Of a stretch of 64,000 nt of DNA, positions 39,661 through 46,248 are shown one piece after another (positions within the stretch are counted from its first letter, which is position 1; the number at the start of each line of letters is the position of its first letter). The position numbers and the translations under genes are program-made. This DNA comes from a virus (Duplodnaviria > Caudoviricetes), in the IMG/VR virus record IMGVR_UViG_3300035661_000030, positions 1 to 64,000 of that record; one strand, 5' to 3'. The notes under the pieces were generated by a model. It was not told the origin of the DNA. It saw nothing but the letters and a program-made list of their open reading frames with translations, and made no database searches.

Positions 39661-39993
39661 ATGAGAGAACGTAAATTATCTAAATAGGTCATGAGTAAAT
39701 AGATAATTATTTCTAGACGTATAGAGATGAAACCGTAGTAAAAAATTTAATCAAGTCAGCAGAACATCATTAAAAATGAAGAAAAATTAATGAAAGATTC
39801 TAAATATCCACAATTAGAAGAACATATAAAAGAGCATGAATTAATAGTAAAGGAATTAAGAATATTACGCGCTAAATTACAATCTGAAATTTTAGATTTT
39901 ACTATGAAATTTACATTAGTTAATAAAAATTGGCTTAAACATTTATATAAACATGACAAACTTTTGGTGAAGTTCCTAAATAAAAAAACTTGA
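39661..39993 (+). pseudogene. Decayed hemerythrin
   Basis: One frame gives IGHE*IDNYF*...SAEHH*, then a frameshift into KNEEKLMKDSKYP..EEHIKEH...HLYKHD. Confidence 0.75.
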
Positions 39994-40018
39994 CAGCTAA
40001 TCTTGGTTGTGTCACAAT
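39990..40018 (+). promoter_or_regulatory. Promoter TTGACA-N17-CACAAT with extended TG
   Basis: Read directly; followed by GGAGG and ATG at 40035. Confidence 0.7.
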
Positions 40019-40034
40019 TTAAGTGGAGGTAATT

Positions 40035-40418
40035 ATGGCTATTTCAGTTCCAGGTTCAATCTCAGGAAATGTAGTTTCTGAGTATGCAGCTACAAACATT
40101 TGTATTAATCGAGTTATGATTGATCAAAATGGTATTTTAGTAGCAGCATTTAATGCACAAGTTAATTATGAAAAGAAAACATATGTAGTTGATGCCAATG
40201 GAAATAAGATTGGTCTTGTTACTACGCAAGATCAAAATGTTCCAATGCCAACTATGAATGATCAATCTAGAGGTTTTATTAACCTTGATTTTGCCACTTT
40301 CGCTCAATACTTCTCTAAGGTTTGTGTTGGTGGTGAAATTTTAGGTGAAGAAGTAGCTAATTTAGTAGATAATTTAATTCATAAAGACTTAATCAATAGA
40401 GGTATTTTAACCGCTTAA
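40035..40418 (+). CDS. Hypothetical protein
   Basis: Promoter and GGAGG SD upstream. Confidence 0.7.
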   Translation: MAISVPGSISGNVVSEYAATNICINRVMIDQNGILVAAFNAQVNYEKKTYVVDANGNKIGLVTTQDQNVPMPTMNDQSRGFINLDFATFAQYFSKVCVGGEILGEEVANLVDNLIHKDLINRGILTA

Positions 40419-40458
40419 TAACCCAGGCACAATGATCGTGCCATAATAGGAGATAGTC

Positions 40459-40755
40459 GTGAAGATTGATTTCTCACAAGAACTGAAAGACTTTACAGGT
40501 GAACCGCTTAAGTTGAATGAAAATTCACCTAACTTGACCTTAAAAGATGTCATTACTTTAGCTCTTAAATCCCCTTTACAGGAAGATGCTACTCTTCCTC
40601 TCGATGCGAAAATCAAGCTTGATCGCATTGGTGAAACCGTTTGGTCTGGAAATGGCGAGTTAGAACTTGAAGATGCTGCTTTAATTAAAGAGCGTGTGTC
40701 GAAAGTATTTCCAACTCCTGCTGTTGCCGGGGCTGTTCGTAGAGCAATTGGTTAA
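40459..40755 (+). CDS. Hypothetical protein (fibre-chaperone-like size)
   Basis: GTG start with GGAG SD; followed by a terminator. Confidence 0.7.
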   Translation: MKIDFSQELKDFTGEPLKLNENSPNLTLKDVITLALKSPLQEDATLPLDAKIKLDRIGETVWSGNGELELEDAALIKERVSKVFPTPAVAGAVRRAIG

Positions 40756-40790
40756 TAGTTATATCTTAACACTTAAATCAATAGCTAAAA

Positions 40791-40815
40791 AAAAGCCCTC
40801 TTGCGAGGGCTTTTT
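40791..40815. terminator. Bidirectional intrinsic terminator
   Basis: AAAAGCCCTC-TTGC-GAGGGCTTTTT between convergent units. Confidence 0.9.
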
Positions 40816-40986
40816 CATTTTTACTTGTTTTCAGGAATCGAAACCTTGCTTTTATTTTACGAAAATAAGTTGGCTGTACCATCATCGGGTACGATTTAAT
40901 CTCTGCGACTCAGAGAACCAACTTAGGGCAACCGTTTCCGGTCAGCCTCCACCACTTGCTTTTAACCATATAAAGCAAGAAAGGAT

Positions 40987-41062
40987 TGGTTGGGGCGCTA
41001 GGACTCGAACCTAGAACCGACAGGATCAAAACCTGTTGCTCTACCAATTGCGCTACACCCCA
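40987..41062 (-). tRNA. tRNA-Gln(TTG)
   Basis: Cloverleaf, acagg-ttTTGat-cctgt, encoded CCA. Confidence 0.95.
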
Positions 41063-41072
41063 TTAGTAATAA

Positions 41073-41116
41073 TGGTGGCCGTTTTAGATATCAATGATAT
41101 CTTAGGATAAACGGCC
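41073..41116 (-). ncRNA. 44-nt CCA-terminated minihelix
   Basis: GGCCGTTT/AAACGGCC stem + 7-bp hairpin + A-CCA. Confidence 0.45.
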
Positions 41117-41195
41117 AAACCTAACGGTTCTAGAACCGTGTGTCTTTTTTATAAAGCTAATTTGACCAAAGACCATGAAATATCAAATTAACTCC

Positions 41196-41586
41196 TGGCC
41201 GGATCTTCTTAAAGAACAAAACGGAAGCGTTGCATACTAGCTAGTGTAGCAACCTTTCTTTGTGGTGGCGAAGTGTACCGCTCCGTTATTCCACTCATAT
41301 CGCAGATCGACCCTTGTTTAAGGGGATCTTCCGTTTTGTTTTTTAAAAAGGATGGGGGTTTTAATCCACTTGTCCCTACCCCCAAAGGTCTTAAAGTGCG
41401 TGGACCTTACCCAAGTCATTACACTTCCGTTCGTCAGACTTGGAATTGAGAACGTGAAGTAAAATCTGCCAAATCAACATTAGCACCTATTCGACATACA
41501 GGAGTTTTTATGGCTCACTATGTCTACTCATTCGGTAGTTGATACGGATGACGTCTCTCTTTTGCGTAGGATAGAGAATTGGCAGA
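41196..41586 (-). ncRNA. Putative structured ncRNA(s), multi-stem
   Basis: Long closing stem around three hairpins; three hairpins with complementary loops; TCTGCCAA/TTGGCAGA-closed domain. Confidence 0.45.
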
Positions 41587-41587
41587 A

Positions 41588-41662
41588 TGGTAATCCCAAG
41601 GGGATTTGAACCCCTGTTCCCGCCGTGAAAGGGCAGTTTCCTAACCACTAGAAGATGGGATC
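41588..41662 (-). tRNA. tRNA-Glu(TTC)
   Basis: Cloverleaf, ctgcc-ctTTCac-ggcgg, CCA. Confidence 0.95.
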
Positions 41663-41799
41663 ACAACTATTCGGAGAAGGTGTAATCAATCCTTAACACC
41701 AGTCTGTTGACTTATCTCACGATAAGTCTCTTCTCCGAAAAACCAAGCTGCGATTACGCATATCGAGTCCTAGAATACGTCCATAGGACACTTGGTTAT

Positions 41800-41876
41800 T
41801 GGTGGAGCTGATGGGACTCGAACCCATGACCCACGGCTTAAAAGGCCGTTGCTACTACCAGCTGAGCTACAGCTCC
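41800..41876 (-). tRNA. tRNA-Lys(TTT)
   Basis: acggc-ctTTTaa-gccgt, CCA. Confidence 0.95.
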
Positions 41877-41890
41877 GTGCTCCTAATTAA

Positions 41891-41976
41891 TGGTCCTCGG
41901 GACCGGATTCGAACCGGTACGTCCTTTCGGACAGCGGATTTTAAGTCCGCGGCGTCTGCCGTTCCGCCACCCGAGG
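41891..41976 (-). tRNA. tRNA-Leu(TAA)
   Basis: gcgga-ctTAAaa-tccgc, long variable arm, CCA. Confidence 0.95.
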
Positions 41977-41980
41977 TAAA

Positions 41981-42128
41981 GTGCCCGAGTATTTGCATTT
42001 GCTCGGGTCTATCTTATTCTGGCTTAGAGTTGCAACTCTAAATGCACTTAGCCATATCCGGTTTCCGCAGGTCCGGCAACCTACCCCATCCAATATTTCA
42101 ACGCAGCCCGATGAGGTAGGCTTGGCGT
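41981..42128. repeat. ~148-nt structured element, copy 1
   Basis: About nine in ten positions identical to 42641-42787; compensatory change in one stem. Confidence 0.9.
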
Positions 42129-42134
42129 TGATAT

Positions 42135-42635
42135 CTGAAGTTTTTTGCCTATCTACTCGCTAGAATAGAATAGGTCTTACAGGCTAACTTCTTAACCCAT
42201 CAGTGAACCGCCACTGATAAGCGTTTCCTAGGGCCTTGTTATTAGGCGTCCCTAACTAAGCAAGTCCTAGCAACTAATTCAGTTTGCGAGACTGAATTAA
42301 TTGAGCCATATTTTCGATAAATCTATCCGCCGATAGACCTATCTATATATGGCTGTTGCAAGTTTAACGGGAATTCTTTAACCCGTAGTCTGTGGTAAGC
42401 AGACCAACGCCTTTTATGCGTTTTACTTGCTTTGTCCACCTAGTAGCGCGCTTGTCAACCCAACAAGCCCTAGCGGTGGCTCCCTCTTGTTTATTTGTGG
42501 GGAATCACAAGACCGTTATTCGATACGGTCAAACGCTTGATCTTCAGCATTCTCATAACCCCAATCAAGCTATTATGAGGGGAACGGTCATTCATCTACC
42601 GCCAAACACAGAGTTTTTGAAAAGAACTCTTCAAA
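42135..42635. ncRNA. Putative large multi-domain ncRNA between the two repeats
   Basis: More than a dozen hairpins, nested junctions, one pseudoknot; no credible ORF. Confidence 0.5.
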
Positions 42636-42640
42636 CTTTT

Positions 42641-42787
42641 GTGCCCGAGTATTTGCATTTGCTCGGGTCTATTCTTTCGGGCTTAGAGTTGCAACTCTAA
42701 ATGCACTTAGCCCTATCCGGTTTTTACAGGTCCGGCAACCTCCCTCATCTATATTTTCAACGCGGCCCGATGAGGTAGGCTTGGCGT
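42641..42787. repeat. ~147-nt structured element, copy 2
   Basis: See copy 1; offset 660 bp. Confidence 0.9.
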
Positions 42788-42797
42788 ATACAGCTTT

Positions 42798-42931
42798 GTT
42801 TACAAGCCGAATGATTACCCTTGGACTTTATTGCCAAAGGTAATCACACGTTCCCTGCTGACACAGGAGCCAACTATACTATTACGATGTCAGTCGTAAC
42901 AGCATTTCGTTGAACTTGAACACTTGTAAAC
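42798..42931 (-). ncRNA. Four-way-junction RNA with kissing loops
   Basis: 9-bp closing stem; loops CTGACA and TGTCAG complementary; two G-U pairs on the minus strand. Confidence 0.55.
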
Positions 42932-42955
42932 GCTGCATTTATTTTATAACAGAAA

Positions 42956-43219
42956 TTACTCTTTTTTTGCAACTTTGAACCAATACCGACGTGAACGATC
43001 AATAAAATCATTCCATTCTTTTTCAATTCGCATTGGGGGTTCCTGCATCGTCTCATTATTTAATCGAGCAATAGCGATCATCATGCCTTTCTTTTTATTG
43101 TAATTATCCCTCTTGTGACAAACAGAATATCCTGTATTTAATTCACCTTTTTCATTTAAATTTGAGAGCATGATCCCAATAGGATTCCCTCGCTTGTCTC
43201 TGATATACTGTTTAAGCAT
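42956..43219 (-). CDS. Conserved small phage protein within the tRNA cluster
   Basis: GGAG SD; GYSVCHKRD.YNKKKG..IA..R pattern. Confidence 0.75.
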   Translation of the reverse strand: MLKQYIRDKRGNPIGIMLSNLNEKGELNTGYSVCHKRDNYNKKKGMMIAIARLNNETMQEPPMRIEKEWNDFIDRSRRYWFKVAKKE

Positions 43220-43241
43220 ATTAAATACTCCTTAATAAGAT

Positions 43242-43316
43242 TGGTCCTCCTGCTAGGAATCGAACCTAGACCCGCGCCTTAGAAGGGCGCTGCTCAATCC
43301 ATTAAGCTACAGGAGG
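43242..43316 (-). tRNA. tRNA-Arg(TCT)
   Basis: gcgcc-ctTCTaa-ggcgc, CCA. Confidence 0.95.
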
Positions 43317-43371
43317 ATGTAATAGTATTGTTTTTTAGAGTATCGGTTAACCTATACACCGAAAGGTTATT

Positions 43372-43779
43372 TGGTGGACCTGGAGGGAGTCGAACCCTCG
43401 TCCAAGAAAAGCGCCCAAGGCAATTGTAGCAGCTTATCCTATTTAGTTACCTATATAGCCATAATAGGCAAAAAGCTATAAAGGTTTAATAGTATTTTTC
43501 AGATTGGATTTACTATCATTACCAATCCAAGTCTTATAACGGTTTTTCGAGCAAGTCTACTATTCCGTATTTAACGAGATCCATACTAAGACGATTTGGA
43601 TTACTCGTCCTCAATTAAGCCGCTTTAGCGAAAGCGAAAGCAGGGGCATTGAAGAAGCTGGCAACGAAAGTAAACACGTTGTTGGCATTTAGGTTTTAGA
43701 TGATTGATAAACCGGCCATCATCCTTCCGGTGCTGCTTGCTTATGAACTATACTTAACCTGTCGAAACCAGGCAGGCCC
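43372..43779 (-). ncRNA. ssrA: tmRNA; tag (A)ANNVFTFVASFFNAPAFAFAKAA* at 43686-43615
   Basis: 5' GGGCCUG...GGUUUCGAC; 3' T-arm GGUUCGACUCC and ACCA; G3-U70; tag ends in AA then TAA. Confidence 0.93.
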
Positions 43780-43805
43780 ATTTGTAAAACATTTCACTGA
43801 TTGAT

Positions 43806-43881
43806 TGGAGCCTATAGTCGGAATCGAACCAACGACCTACTGCTTACAAGGCAGTTGCTCTACCAACTGAGCTATATAGGC
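43806..43881 (-). tRNA. tRNA-Thr(TGT)
   Basis: actgc-ctTGTaa-gcagt, CCA. Confidence 0.95.
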
Positions 43882-44130
43882 GAAACGGCAGTTTAAGCAC
43901 AACTGCCAAGCCACTAATTTTTGTTCTTAAGATAAGTATTTGGTAAGTGATCCAAATTACTTTCCGCAATCGGTCAGTCAGGTTTCAGAGATACACTATG
44001 CGCTAAGGGTGGCCGATAACCATATAGCGTTTAAGTTTACCCTACCTTACAGTCATGACGTTTGGAGCTATTAAGGTGATAGCTTTAATCCAAATCGTTA
44101 CGGATTGGATACCGTATTCCTCGTTTTTAT

Positions 44131-44207
44131 TGGTCGGGGTAATAGGATTTGAACCTATGACCCTCTGCTCCCAAAGCAGATGCGCTACCAGGCTGCGCTA
44201 TACCCCG
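44131..44207 (-). tRNA. tRNA-Pro(TGG)
   Basis: tctgc-ttTGGga-gcaga, CCA. Confidence 0.95.
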
Positions 44208-44221
44208 ATTAGTTTATTTAA

Positions 44222-44295
44222 TGGAGCGAGATATCAGATTCGAACTGATTTCTTCAGCTTGGAAGGCTGAGGCACAACCCATATACCAATCTCGC
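44222..44295 (-). tRNA. tRNA-Gly(TCC)
   Basis: tcagc-ctTCCaa-gctga, CCA. Confidence 0.93.
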
Positions 44296-44305
44296 TTTTT
44301 ATGGA

Positions 44306-44408
44306 TGGTAGGTCCACTAGGATTCGAACCTAGAACATTCGGTAATCTGCCGACGCTCTTTCGAGTGGAGGGTATAAACCTCTTGTTTTACCGTTAAACT
44401 ATGGACCC
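44306..44408 (-). tRNA. Atypical 103-nt tRNA-Ile(TAT) with a 28-nt two-hairpin insertion
   Basis: Normal acceptor, D and T arms; gagg-ttTATac-cctc; insert ACTCGAAAGAGCGTCGGCAGATTACCGA. Confidence 0.75.
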
Positions 44409-44422
44409 ATTATTTCAATAAA

Positions 44423-44498
44423 TGGTGGGGACGGAGAGGCTCGAACTCCCGACATATTGCGTGTAAGGCAATCGCTCTACCAACTGAGCTACATCCCC
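44423..44498 (-). tRNA. tRNA-Val(TAC)
   Basis: attgc-ctTACac-gcaat, CCA. Confidence 0.95.
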
Positions 44499-44513
44499 GT
44501 TTAATCAAATTAA

Positions 44514-44589
44514 TGGTGGCCCCACACAGATTCGAACTGTGGACCAGTCGGTTATGAGCCGACAGCTCTGACCGCTGAGCTATAGGGCC
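44514..44589 (-). tRNA. tRNA(CAT), Ile2-like or elongator Met
   Basis: gtcgg-ctCATaa-ccgac; GGCCC acceptor start like Ile2; paired 1-72, so not an initiator. Confidence 0.9.
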
Positions 44590-44726
44590 AAAATATTACA
44601 TTCGATAGTTCTTTTTATTTAAGTTAATAATTTCTTGCTTTCCATTATAATAACCGATTTTGTAAATCACAAAAAATCCTATAAATCCTGTAATCATAAT
44701 TAAAATGTTCATCAATCTCCTTTAAA

Positions 44727-44818
44727 TGGCGGAAGGTGAGAGATTCGAACTCTCGGATAGGTGTTAACCCATCAACAGTTTTCAAGACTGGCCCATTAAA
44801 CCACTCTGGCAACCTTCC
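44727..44818 (-). tRNA. tRNA-Ser(TGA)
   Basis: cagt-ctTGAaa-actg, long variable arm, GCCA end. Confidence 0.95.
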
Positions 44819-44827
44819 GTTATAGAT

Positions 44828-44904
44828 TGGCTTCTATTGTTAGATTTGAACTAATAGCCTAGTGATTAACAGTCGTTCACTCCAACTAATTGAGCTAAAC
44901 GGGA
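44828..44904 (-). pseudogene. Degenerate tRNA-Asn(GTT)
   Basis: TAGCTCA, ctGTTaa, TTCAAAT and GCCA retained, but acceptor and anticodon stems are mismatched. Confidence 0.7.
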
Positions 44905-45010
44905 ATGGGAATATTTATTTCGCCAGGGCTACCCTAAAGCTGCCCTGATCGAATAATTATCTTTATGCAATTATCAATGACGATTAATCTTCCCCGTAGG
45001 GCATACAAGT

Positions 45011-45038
45011 AGTGTAACACAACTGAGCTATCTGTCAA
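45011..45038 (-). promoter_or_regulatory. Promoter TTGACA-N16-TACACT (extended TG) heading the tRNA cluster
   Basis: Read directly. Confidence 0.7.
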
Positions 45039-45069
45039 CCATGACAGGTAAGAATATTTAATTTAAAAT

Positions 45070-45116
45070 TAGCTCCACCTTAACCCAAAGATTTTCTCTA
45101 GGTTAAGGTGGAGCTA
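45070..45116. repeat. Perfect 16-bp inverted repeat with a 15-nt loop
   Basis: TAGCTCCACCTTAACC / GGTTAAGGTGGAGCTA; between the nuclease gene and the tRNA promoter. Confidence 0.85.
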
Positions 45117-45184
45117 TCAACAATTTGGTGCGCCTAAGCTTAAACGTATTATAAGAATTATGGCACACCAAATATATACCATGC

Positions 45185-45205
45185 CTCCATATATATTATA
45201 ACAAA
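45185..45205 (-). promoter_or_regulatory. Second copy of the 21-bp extended -10/SD motif
   Basis: 20/21 identical to 3480-3500. Confidence 0.55.
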
Positions 45206-45211
45206 ATGTTG

Positions 45212-46165
45212 TTATATTTTGCATGTATTTTTTATTGCAATTAATCTTTCAAGTTTTCTAGATAATATTCCACAGTCTTTAGATTTAGATATTATAGCTT
45301 CAGCCAAAGCTAACGTTTTATCTATTTGCGTTGTTTGCGGATAATATAATATTGATAAATAATTTGATTTATCTGTATTTTTAGTATAAATATATTTAAA
45401 ATATTCTGAAAAATTATCTAACAATTGATTTGCAAATATTTCCGAAGCTGTACATACATTTATGTAAGGCTTCTGCCCTGGATATATTTTTGATACATAT
45501 CCATTACCTTCTATTGTACCTATTAAAAAATAAATATGTAATTCTTTTGGAATTAAATCAAATCTAATATTTAAAGAATATGATTTGTATTGTGTAATTC
45601 CAAATAATTTTAAATCTTCTCCAATTTCTTTGGACATTACATATGTTCTAAAGTTATCTTGTTCTTTATAATATGTTCCACCTAATTCTTCTATTACAAA
45701 ATCAATTAACTCTATATCTTTTGAACTAAATCTTATTCTATAATTACCACCTTTTATTTGTCGTATATCTCCATCCGTTGCAAGCAATCCTAACATTCTT
45801 GCTTTTTTTGGAGTTAAATTTTTAAAGTAATCATGATTAGCTATAATCTTATATTTTCTTTCTACTTTAATATTGTTTTTTTTAAGTACTAAACGAATAC
45901 ATGAATCTGACACGTTGTATTTTGAAGCAATTTCTTTAATTGTCATTTTTTCTATTTTATATAATTTTATAATATCTATTTTATCTAATTCAGAAATTTT
46001 AGTTAAAGCTTGAGCTATACCTTTGGCTGTATTATTTCTTCTATTTACTTTTGGTAGATTATATTTTTTTATTAATCGTGGAATTGACCATTTTGGAATA
46101 TTGTTTCTTGTAGCAATATCTGTCCAAGTTAATTCACTATTTAGATAATCCTCTTTAAATCCCAT
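45212..46165 (-). mobile_element. Free-standing LAGLIDADG homing endonuclease with N-terminal HTH-like segments
   Basis: RMLGLLATDGDI and YFLIGTIEGNGYV motifs; GGAGG SD. Confidence 0.85.
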
Positions 46166-46248
46166 AAATCCTCCCGATTACCATTGTAGCATAAATTGGA
46201 AAATTCACGTTATTTTGATTTTTACTTATACTATGATATAATTTATAT

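Noticed and set aside
41340-41590. Hammerhead (CUGACGA at ~41432-41438 minus) or theta/HDV-like ribozyme 3' of tRNA-Glu
   Set aside because: No stem II followed by GAAA for a hammerhead; the trailer starts with U and its helices are nested rather than in HDV order.
42068-42078. CAGGTCCGG resembling SRP RNA helix 8
   Set aside because: The following GNRA loop and GGAAGCAG strand are absent.
41981-42787. CRISPR array interpretation of the duplicated element
   Set aside because: Only two copies, ~148 nt long with a ~510-nt interval; no cas genes in the window.
43343-43369. Small pseudoknot just 3' of tmRNA (TCGGT/ACCGA with TAACCT/AGGTTA)
   Set aside because: Connecting loops of 0-1 nt make simultaneous formation sterically unlikely; at most two alternative hairpins.
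40694-44270. ORFs at 40694, 41799, 41981, 42392, 42874 and 44055
   Set aside because: They are antisense readings of tRNAs or cross structured repeats; the similarity between 41981 and 42392 products only reflects the DNA repeat.
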